Positions 25,124 to 34,839 of a DNA stretch of 64,000 nucleotides are shown in pieces. The position numbers were made by a program, and so were the translations under genes. Below the pieces are notes generated by a model, which was given only the letters and a program-made list of their open reading frames with translations, was not told the origin of the DNA and made no database searches. The first letter of the stretch is position 1. Each line of letters begins with the position of its first letter. Source of the stretch: Pelomyxa schiedti (taxonomy: Eukaryota; Protista; Evosea). The stretch covers positions 62,001 through 126,000 of the forward strand of contig JAHLWZ010000496.1 in the NCBI GenBank assembly GCA_020536535.1. The letters run 5' to 3'.

Positions 25124-26483
25124 ATGTCGACCAGCCACGGCACCAACCAACAGACCACACGAGTGAAGATAACGGCCACCGGGGCCAACTACTACCAGCT
25201 GGCGCGGCACCAGCCGTCGGCGCCGTCCATCGTCGTCGAGGTGCTTACGCACAACACGCCGAGCGGGGGCCACGCGCAGGCGCAGGCGCGGACCAACGCG
25301 CTGGCCGACTGGTGCTGGTGCGAGAGGCACCGCGGGGTGTCGCTGTGCGTGCTGTCGCGGGACGACATGAGGGTCGTGCACACCGACTCGTACGACACCT
25401 GGGGGAACCCGGACCGCTCCCGGGCGTTGGCTGAGGACCTCATCAGATTCAAATCCGGGTCGCTGGCTTGTTTTTTTTTTTTTTTTTTTATTTTCGTTTT
25501 TCGCTCTTCGTCGTTTATTCTACGCTTCGTTCTGCCGTTTTAGCAGGGGCACTTTCGTTTTTGACTCTTTGGTTTTGGGCCTTACAAAATTGCAGCAATG
25601 TGTGGGCTATTGCTACTGGAGATGCATTTTTGAGTCAATTATCAGAGAGGGCGCGAAATGTACTGAAGGATGCAGGATGCAAGACTGTATTCCCTGGGTA
25701 TCACACCTAACTTAACATATCCAAAAATCCACTAAATTGGGCACAAAAGTGGGGATCGCTACAGCTATGCTGCAATTGTCGTCCCAGATACACAAAGTGC
25801 TGTAGAGTCACTTACTGGAAACGTGGAGGATTCCCCTCTGGCCGTTGTATCACTTTTCCTGAGGAAAAAGACAAATCCCAATGGACACGCCTTGTTTTGT
25901 GTACCCCAAGACCTGCCTCACCCTCCTCAGAGCACCTTTCAATCTGATTGGCGAACAGTTCTGAATGATGAAGGAAGCTTCCCCCGCGATGCTAGTATAA
26001 TCACTTGTGATGGAAATATAGTAACAGCACATTGGTACCTACTATACCCGCTTTCTAGTCCTCACTCATCTTTGATTAAACAAACAAAAGGCTGGTCCTT
26101 TCTACACGTTCCGAATACTTCAGAACCATGCGGCAACACAATGGGCCACAGCCCTCAGTTTCAGTCTCCTTCAGTAAACCAGTCATGGATGCAGTGATGG
26201 AGTATCTGTACTGTGACCAAGTATCAACCATGACACACTCCAACGTAATGGAACTCTGGTTGGCTGCTGATTTCTTCTTACTTCCACGGCTGCTCTCTTT
26301 GTGTGAGAATTACATAATGGTAAAGGAAGTACATTTGCATCCTTTTCTTACTTGTCCTTTCAGGATAACCTCTCGGCGGCATCATTGCATAGCATTGAAC
26401 AAGCTGCACAAGAAATCCATGCAGAAGGTCTCCTTGAGGTTTGCCAACTTTGGATGGACAGGCACCCAGAATTCCATTATTAA
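25124..26483 (+). CDS. ILEI/PANDER (GG-lectin-like) domain + C-terminal BTB/POZ protein
   Basis: HRGVSLCVLSRDDMRVVHTDSYDTWG..LAEDL..AIATGDAFLSQLSERARNVLKDAG..RYSYAAIV (ILEI pattern). DASIITCDGNIVTAH..LSTRSEYFRTM..VMEYLYCDQV..ELWLAADFFLLPRLLSLCE (BTB). Confidence 0.75.
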
Positions 26484-26753
26484 GAAAAAGAAAGAAAAGA
26501 ATGAGGAAAATATATTTTACACAAACATTGAGCACAAAATGCCACCAGGCAAGTGGCTTGTGTTCTTGTTCTTTAGTTTGTTGTTCCTCCAACACTCCTC
26601 ACTCATTTCAAAGTGTTGAAGGTTTGTTTGTGTTATTTTTTTTTTTTTTGTTTTGTTTTGTTTTGTTTTGTTTTGTTTGTGAACCACAGACAGCCACAAA
26701 TTCTTCAGAATGCAAAAGTAAAGGATTTCTCCACTTCCATCGCAGTCACACCA

Positions 26754-27495
26754 TCACGCGGCAAAAGGAAAGAAGCCAGCGTCCTCGAGCAGAGCCACGA
26801 GCTCGCTCACATCCACCTTTCCCCTCACCACAGCCATCTCCTCGCGGGCATTAAAGTCGAAGGACTGCACCCCGGCGGCCTTGGCCAGCACGCTCCTGAC
26901 CCTCTGCTCGCACCGGTCGCACATCACGCCGTAGATGAACAGCGTGGCCTGCTCCACCTTGGCCGAGGCGCCGAGCTTCCCGGAGGAGCCGCTGCTGCCG
27001 TACACGCCGCTGCCGCCCGAGTAGACGCCGCTGCCGCCGCCCAGGGCGCCCGAGGACGAGGAGTAGATCATGCTGCCGGGGCGCCGCGAGGCCGCCGCGG
27101 TGAGGGCCGCGATCCACGAGTTCATCTCGGCCGCGCTCTCCGCCGCGATGGGGTACACGCGGTCGATCGTCGTGATCTCCAGCGCGTGCTTGAAGCGGCT
27201 CGAGGCGGAGACGCGCGCGCCGGCCATGTCGATGACCCCCGTGGGCTCGTTGTCGGACGTGGTGACGAAGTAGTACAGGGTGTTGCCTTTGAGCACGAAC
27301 CACCTTTTCTGTGTGGAAGTAGCTTGGTAAGTGGACAGAGAGTTGGTGGTTTGTGAACTAAAGCAACGCGTTGCAACAAAAACGATGACATCTGGGAGAC
27401 ACCTTCCAGCTCTTGACCATGCCACCTTGTTTGGTTAAAAATCCTGCCTTGTCCGGGGACACAATCGATGCCACTGACGGTCCACCCGACGCCAT
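26754..27495 (-). CDS. PH domain + HMA (heavy-metal-associated, CxxC) fusion protein, 2 exons
   Basis: Exon 1 (27403-27495) KAGFLTKQGGMVKSWK; exon 2 KRWFVLKGNTLYYF...EMNSWIAAL, a Gly/Ser linker, then LFIYGVMCDRCEQRVRSVL..GV. Confidence 0.9.
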
Positions 27496-27673
27496 CAATT
27501 TCTTCTTTGTTTTTCTTTGTTGTTGATTTCCAATCAGACCAGGCATTTTCGGGTCTGGTCTCATTTCGTGTTGACATGAAAAAAACGTCAGCAGCATTAG
27601 GACGCGTTAATTACATGGCAACGACATAAAAAAAAAAATTAAAAAAACGAGATCTTAGTAGTGGTTGGTGGCC

Positions 27674-29105
27674 ATGTCAGCACAAGTAGAGGACTATTTC
27701 CGAGATTATGTGCGTATATACCTTTATTCACTACGGGTTGATCCGCTCTTACTTGCTAGTTGTGCACAACACAGATAGGGAGTACATTCGCTTCCTTTGA
27801 TGAAATGTTTCGCGTTGGAATACACGGCGCCCTGCAATCTGGAATCAGCCCATATGGGGATAAAATGGTGGCCGAAAGCATCGTTGCATGCAATCCTGGG
27901 TGGTCTGACGAAGATCATGGTGTGACGGGGTTTTTATTATTCATTCTACTTCCATTTTGCAGGAGACACTCTGTGGTTCACTGGGCAGGGCAAAAAGAAA
28001 GACCAGGAATTGATTAGAGGGAACGCGGCACTTGCCAATGCCTGTAATAAGAAGGCACCCATAAGAGTAATACGGGGCCATCAATTACGCAGCTCGACCT
28101 CACCACACCGGGGTTATAGATATGACGGCCTGTACAGAATCACCACTTACGAGCAGAGAACACATGAAGGAAGGAGAATCTGGAAATTCTTGCTGGAACG
28201 TCTGGAGGTAAAGTAGCTCAGTATATCCTAAGCATTGAGAAACTTTCAGGGACAACCGGCAGCACCCTATCAAGGCATGAAGAACAAGGTTTGTTGTCAT
28301 ATGATTATAAAAGCTCATCGATGCAGGAAGGGGTAAGCAGTTCAACTAAGAGAAAAAGACCATCTCGTCCCTCACACCACGTTCGTAATTATTCAAGCTC
28401 CTCATCGAGTGCATCAAGCAGTTCATCAGAGATAGACTCTGATGATATGTCAACTCCATCACAACAGACTGAGCCGCAGGCGGAATCACAACAGAGTGAC
28501 CTACCGGCACCACACTCTTCTGTACCTAGTACATCTACTCATTTTCCCCGACGATTACCTTGGACCTCCCGCAAAATTACACTAGATCGTAAGCCCTCTC
28601 AGAATTTCATCTTTTTTTTGAATAAGCACTGAAGAGTTTCTCAATGTTCATTCTGGGTTCTCTGCCATGTCAAATAGTGAGATTTCCGAGTGGATTGCTT
28701 CTGGAGTGTGCCCATATTGTGGTTCTAGATCACTCAAATCCCTTCCTCCAAGTGGTGTTCAGAAGGTTACTTATTAAATTTGTTCTTCTTATTCTCATTG
28801 ATTTTAAGCATTTCGGGGATCATTTGCACTTGGCGAAATGTTATTTGCCCCGGCCTTCAATGATTGAGGTGCCTCCCACAACCACAGACACCACAATACC
28901 TACTGCGGCCTCAGAAGAGGCTGTCCCGCCCTGGAGCCTGGGCATAGCCAGCTACTCTCAGGACCCTGGTGTTCTTTCACCGTGCACAGATACGATGTGT
29001 GCTGACAACAACTCGGAAGAGAGTGTAGACAGTGAAACCCACATCACTGAAGACTCGGAAATCCATTCACTCATATCCACCCTTGTTGAACTGATAAACC
29101 CATGA
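27674..29105 (+). CDS. SRA/YDG-domain protein with Ser-rich linker and a possible C-terminal zinc finger
   Basis: GIHGALQSGIS..AESIVA..DEDHG|DTLWFTGQG..DQELIRGNAALAN..PIRVIRG..GYRYDGLYRI..IWKFLLER. Later spliced CPYCGSR...HFGDHLHLAKC. Confidence 0.85.
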
Positions 29106-29163
29106 CAAATAAAACTATCGTCACATGTAAATTCATTCAACATCCCTTTAGTTAGTGACCTTT

Positions 29164-30285
29164 TCATAGTTTGCTTGCTTGTGCATGTAACTCCGCAATG
29201 GTTACACCAGTTTCCACATCAATTAATGAAGTGGAACCATCCACTTGAGCCACAAGGATTCCTGTAGTCGAGGGGCCCCATGCGCGCAGAGTTTGGGCAT
29301 AAGGCAGAGATAGGCATGGTGTTGTCAGGTCAGAGGTGTGATACACATAACATGTTTCGTCCTGCATTATGTAGAGGTGACGGACACCAATCTGGCCTGC
29401 ATCAAATGGAGGGTGGAGTGGAATTCTTAGGCCTGTTTGGGAGTGCCGAAGGAAGCACTCGCCGTGGTCCCGAAATTTGTGCACAGAGAACACAGGATCC
29501 ATCAAGATAAAGGAGCGGAATCCAGAGCGGCTCTCTACCGAAAGCTCAACAGTTCTTAGAATGACCAGCTTATTAAGTGCTGCTGTGTTTGGTAGGTCGA
29601 TGTACACTAGAATTCCTACTCCAGCCAAGTTTGACAAAATAAGCACATCCCTATCTTTGCCACTTGAAATTGCACCATGTCCGGGGAACACCCATGCTGG
29701 GTCCAACTCTACAGAAGTGTGTTCGCTCTGTGGTTCCCCATTAGAAACCTTCCACAGCCTAATTTTCATGTGGAGAAGAAGCACCACCCACTTCTCATTG
29801 CAGTGACGCACAGGGATTCCATTGCGGCACTTGCATAACAGCCTTAACCTCGTCCCGCTCCAATCCACAATGTACAAGTCCACACACTTTTCCTCCACAC
29901 ACAGAGTAACGAACCTCGAGTTCCCAAGGTGGCCAGCAATGCCCACATCGCCCTTCTCGCCCAAAACACACGCGCCCCTAACAACACCAGCAGTGAGTCC
30001 CACGTCGACGAAAACATGCACGTTGCCCACCCCAAGAATATTCACAGTGGCACCAAACACCCTGGAGGCGCACACCACCCAGAGTTGGCCGAATTCCCTC
30101 AGAACTCCCGGAAATTCCCTCAACAGCCTCAGGGAGCTGTTCGTCCCGCACCTCGCGACCAAAGTGCCGGCGGCCAAAGCAACGAATTGCTCCCTGGCCG
30201 ACAATCGCTGAATAAACATCGATGGTGTTTCTGTTGTTGCTTCGGCATGTGCTTCAATCGTGGATGGAGACCACGTCTGGCCCAT
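29164..30285 (-). CDS. Intronless hypothetical protein (373 aa), paralog of 48-1286
   Basis: Long ORF with the shared N-terminal AREQFVALAA..RCG..S.LRLL motif, followed by a beta-strand-rich body. Confidence 0.6.
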   Translation of the reverse strand: MGQTWSPSTIEAHAEATTETPSMFIQRLSAREQFVALAAGTLVARCGTNSSLRLLREFPGVLREFGQLWVVCASRVFGATVNILGVGNVHVFVDVGLTAGVVRGACVLGEKGDVGIAGHLGNSRFVTLCVEEKCVDLYIVDWSGTRLRLLCKCRNGIPVRHCNEKWVVLLLHMKIRLWKVSNGEPQSEHTSVELDPAWVFPGHGAISSGKDRDVLILSNLAGVGILVYIDLPNTAALNKLVILRTVELSVESRSGFRSFILMDPVFSVHKFRDHGECFLRHSQTGLRIPLHPPFDAGQIGVRHLYIMQDETCYVYHTSDLTTPCLSLPYAQTLRAWGPSTTGILVAQVDGSTSLIDVETGVTIAELHAQASKL

Positions 30286-30392
30286 GTCACAGAAGTTGTC
30301 GAAGTGCCGATCCCTCAGAGATCAAGGAAATTTACTGGAACTGATGGAGTGAAAAAACCCTCAAAGTCAGTTACTGAATCAAAAGAAAGAAA

Positions 30393-31919
30393 ATGAGCAA
30401 CCAGGAGGTGAGTGTGGAGGCTGCGTTGGAGGGAGTGTTGGCCAGCATAAGGGCACACGGGCCCAACTCGTGCCCGTTGGCCAGGATCCTCCCGCTTCTG
30501 AGGCTGCCCGCTGCGTCCCCTGACGTGGTTCCCTCCCTGGTACAGACCCTGAGGCTCTGCGCCGACGCCATCCAGGACGCCTCCCCCTCTTCTTCCCTCC
30601 TCCTCAGTCCCCGCCCCACTCCTCCTCCTTCATCTTCATCTTCAGCTTCAGCTTCAGCTTCCGCCTCGGCGGCGACTCCCCCGCCCACTCCCACCGTGCC
30701 ACTGGCCCTGAAGCAGTCGATGCGCTGCGTGGTCACCCCGGCCACTGGGCAGGACGAGCCCATGGTCTCGCCCATGTGCGGGCGCCGCTTCATCGACGAG
30801 GAGGTGCTGCCCAGCGGGGCGCGGGTCACCGCGGCCTGGCCCCACGGCTGGGGCTCCTGGCCCGCCCGCGTCCTCCTCAAGTGCCACGGCTTCCGCACCC
30901 CGAGCGCGCGGGGCCCCAGCCCCGAGCTCTGCGTCGACGAGGACCCCCTGGTCTGCGAGCTCATGGCCCGCGGCTGGGCCGTCGCCGCCACGAGCTACCG
31001 CCGCGACGGCCTGTGCGTCACCGACGGCATCGAGGACGCCAGGGACCTGAGGGAGTGGGTCGTCTCGAAGTGCGTGGAGAGGAACTGCGCCCTGCCCGCT
31101 GTGGTTTTGCTCGAGGGGCGGTCGATGGGGGGCTGTGTGTGCACTTTGGTGGCTGAGAGGTACCCTGGGCTGTTCGATGGGGTCGTTGCCGTGGGCGCTG
31201 CGCTCCTGGCTGGAATGGGCGAGAGGCCGCCGATTCCCTTCGCTCATAACCCCAGAATCCCTATCTTGTACCTTACAAATCAGAGTGAGTGCGGGCCAAT
31301 CGAAGCTTACATAGACGGGACTAGAGCTGTTTCTTCGGCTTCGTCTTCCGCTACTGAGACTATCGGTGACCGGCCGGTTATTGTTCCAGCACTCTGGCAA
31401 GTACTCCGCGACGGGCATAACAGTGCATCGGTCGGGGAGAGACTTTCTGCTTTGGATGCAGTTTTATCCTGGATAAAGTACGGAACTGCTATCACCATGA
31501 GGAAGAGAGACCTCATAATTTCCCCGCAGCCTCGAGCCAATTCTCCAATTATTGATAGTGCCCACCGGTCTGCAATTGCAACTGTTCAGAGCATTCACAG
31601 TAACCTGAGGTATGTTGTTCTCAACATGATGCCAGAGGATATGGCTGCAACAGGGATCAGGCAAGGGAAGAACTTCACCCTGACTCATATCCACAAGCCA
31701 ACACCAGCAACCAAGGGTACAACCTCAACACCAGGACCCAGGTCATTCACTGTAAAATACTGCACCTACCCACCTCTTGGAGTAGAGAAAGGTGACCTGT
31801 TTGCTCTTGATGATCCTGATGGTGGAATTGTAATCAGTATCTTTGGCTGGTTCCTCGACACTGATACCGCTGCTGATATGGGTTTACAAGTGGGTATGAA
31901 AGTGGAGCTGCATGCCTAA
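30393..31919 (+). CDS. Intronless alpha/beta-hydrolase with a C-terminal domain resembling the SAM hydrolase/halogenase (DUF62) C-domain
   Basis: CHGFR, GWAVAATSYRR and nucleophile elbow LEGRSMGG. C-terminal TYPPLGVEKGDLFALDDPDGGIVISI..AADMGLQVGMKVEL. Confidence 0.78.
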   Translation: MSNQEVSVEAALEGVLASIRAHGPNSCPLARILPLLRLPAASPDVVPSLVQTLRLCADAIQDASPSSSLLLSPRPTPPPSSSSSASASASASAATPPPTPTVPLALKQSMRCVVTPATGQDEPMVSPMCGRRFIDEEVLPSGARVTAAWPHGWGSWPARVLLKCHGFRTPSARGPSPELCVDEDPLVCELMARGWAVAATSYRRDGLCVTDGIEDARDLREWVVSKCVERNCALPAVVLLEGRSMGGCVCTLVAERYPGLFDGVVAVGAALLAGMGERPPIPFAHNPRIPILYLTNQSECGPIEAYIDGTRAVSSASSSATETIGDRPVIVPALWQVLRDGHNSASVGERLSALDAVLSWIKYGTAITMRKRDLIISPQPRANSPIIDSAHRSAIATVQSIHSNLRYVVLNMMPEDMAATGIRQGKNFTLTHIHKPTPATKGTTSTPGPRSFTVKYCTYPPLGVEKGDLFALDDPDGGIVISIFGWFLDTDTAADMGLQVGMKVELHA

Positions 31920-31991
31920 GTGGCCAAAAAAACCAAATAGTAAATAAAAGGGATTTTTTTCCTTTTAATTTCTTCTTGTGGGGAATTGTGG

Positions 31992-34416
31992 TTATGTGGT
32001 TTTTACAAACACTGTCCTGGATTCTAGCTGAATATGTGGAAGCCTTCCTGATGAATCCCGAAGAACCTCGATGAGAATGTCCTTGGCACAAGAAAGGTGC
32101 TCTGAGGCCACAGTGTCCTGAGGGAGCTCTTCTTCAATCCCAAGCAAACTTTGGCGAATGTTGTAGATGTACTCACTCATGGCAATCTTGCTCTTGTGTG
32201 AGAAGCTTCTGGGAAGTATATGCTTACTTTATACACAGCTTCAGGACGAACTTCTTCCCCGCAAATCGTAAATGAAGTAAGTTGTCCGCTTTGTACATTG
32301 TATACAGCGTGAATACCGCAGCTCACCTTAGTGTATCTTAGATTGAGGGGCGCATTATTAATTACTAACCTGGAAACTGTTCTTCACTTTGTCAAGTTGG
32401 GTTCTTGACATCCAGTGGCAGAAAGCTGCTTTCAACTTGAAACCAGAAATGTGATGAACCCGATATGGGTGAAAGAACCTGTAAAGTGTTGTCAACGAAG
32501 TATTTGCCATACTCGCAGACTTACGGGAATGCTACTTGGACTACTCCTATTGTCAAAGTAGGTCCAATTCTTGGAACACTCAGGGCACCGGAAGCAACCA
32601 GGACAACGTCTACATCGGCTCTGTCTCTGATAATGTCTTTACAAAATAAGAGTAATATGTGCATGACAATGGTAATACCGGCTACGAAATTGCCCATGGT
32701 ACATTCTACCTGCAGCGAGTCAACAGGGTATGTTATATAATTTACAAGTTCCCGATGTAATGTACAGAGAACCTAGGAACGGAATATCAGACTTGAAAGA
32801 ATAAAAGGGAAGTTAGACATACAGTATTCATTCGTATAGCAGTAAGTTGGAAGCCTAGTGAGATTAGTACCTTTAAAAACCGAAAAAAGAGCAAACCTTG
32901 TACAAGCTCTTGAATTTGAGGATCAATAGGAGCCGTTACAGAGTTGACACGGACACATTCCCAGTCATAATTTAACTGTTTGGTGGACGTATCAAAGGTA
33001 AAGTGGAGTTTCCCAATTTGCCCTAAGTTCAAGAGTTATAAAATACACAGATCATGGTGTACCTGATCCCTGCCCTACATGCATGATAGGAATCCCATTT
33101 ACAATCCGCGGGCTAAACATGATGGTGTGACTGTGGGCACCAAGGATGAATCGTACACCCACATCGGGGGTAAGTCCTGCTGCCAATTTCTTGTCGGCCT
33201 CTATCCCAAGATGGGAAAGTACGATAATAATAGAGCTACGACGCTGAAAAGCACGTGCAATTTTGATTGTTTCTGCCAGTGGGTCCCGAAATTCGACTCG
33301 TTCAAGAATTTCAGGCTCCTTGATTGTCTTGAGGAGATCACTTGTCACCAGCCCGATAAATATAATCTTTCTGCTGTTGGTGGAGGAAAAAAGTGAAAAT
33401 ATCAACCTCATGCCCACTAGGCAGCGTAACTGTTTTGTGTGATTTCAGTACTCGGCGCTCCGTATTTTTAACATACAAATTAGCACAGACCAAAGGGAAG
33501 TTGGCAAGCTGCATAACAATTAAAGATAAGTTGTATAAGTAAAGTAATGCAGGAACCTTCTCCTGCCATAACAAGTTTGGCAATCCATAATCAAGCTCGT
33601 GGTTTCCAATACATCCAACTGCCTAAATTTGGCTGAGTAACGGTAATAATGATCTCAGTTTCATACAGGGTTCAGGAAGTTGAGAAGCTCCATCGAACAA
33701 ATCTATGTGCCTTAAATAAGGTACAAAAATGAATCTCCTCACCCCTTGTTGTCCAAGATCAATTGGGCACCCAGCCAGCATATCACCACAAAGTACATAC
33801 AAAACATCATGTTTGAGTTCTGCTCTAGCCTGTCAATGTAAAAACAAAAACAAAACAGGGGAAGAAAGTAAAAGAAAGCCGTGAAAAAAAACAGAAAAGG
33901 GGGGGCACACACTTTTCCCAGAATTCCAGAAACATAGGCAATTCCACCAGTAGTTCTGGGTGCCTCCCTCAACCCCACAGCGCTGCTCAGCACCGCCATG
34001 GCCTGCTCTATAGTATGCGCGGTGTCATCAACACCATCACAGCTCACCTCCTCACCCTCACCCTCGGCCTCGGCATCGGCATCGGCATCGGCCCCAATCA
34101 CACTCCTCTTTTCCGCCGACGCCTTAGCCGCAGCACTCGAGGCAGTAGCCGCGGGCACAGGGGGGTCGGCGGCGGTGACGGCCAAGTTGTCCGTGGGCTG
34201 CAGGTCTCCCTGCAGGTCGGCAGTGTGGAACACCGTGACTTCCATCGTCGTGCTAGTGCTGGTAGTGGTGGCGGGCCCGTGCCCGTGGGCCGAAGCAATA
34301 GGCGTGGGGATGTCCTGCTGCACCAGGTGCCTCACAGCCTGCTTGAGGTGCAACTTGGCGTTGCTGACCGCGTCGCGAGCTACTTCGTTTACTGTCTCCG
34401 CAACAGCCTCTTGCAT
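31992..34416 (-). CDS. 5'-nucleotidase / UDP-sugar hydrolase family (metallophosphoesterase + 5_nucleotid_C), multi-exon
   Basis: VFHTADLQG, GGIAYV, IGNHELDYG, FPLVCANL, IIVLSHLGIEAD, ILGAHSH and VDVVLVASGAL..LTIG. Confidence 0.85.
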
Positions 34417-34839
34417 CGTACCCGGAAGCCAAAGTTTCAACGAGCAGATTGGAAAGTTTTTCTCGTAAGAAATGATGGTTGAATGATGGTTGAGTCCCCA
34501 TTGTTTGACTAATTGGATGTGGTTGCTCTCAACTTCCAGTTGAAAGCCTTTTCAGTTACCCTTTTTTTTCCCCTATGTTAGGTTCTAATACTATCCAGGT
34601 ATGCTAATATAAGCCAAACAACAAAGATCATCGGAGCTCAAATTGAGGTTCTCTACTAGACAAAGATGCGGTGTACTTATTATATTTTCACCTATAATAT
34701 TGGTGCTATAGTAGAACAGAGAGGCCACTTACTTTTGCGTAGGTAGGGGTGCTTACTGCCCTCTTTCAAATTAATTCCCACAAGACCAACACCTCTCCTG
34801 ATTGTGTCTGAGTTGCCACACCTCCAGGAGCGAAAGTGA

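Noticed and set aside
26630-26682. (TTTTG)n and poly-T tract
   Set aside because: Simple low-complexity sequence between convergent 3' ends. No array structure.
26613-27356. 247-aa plus-strand ORF (and similar ones at 30654-31418, 33998-34482, 38093-38458)
   Set aside because: Antisense or alternate-frame shadows of GC-rich real exons, where stop codons are rare.
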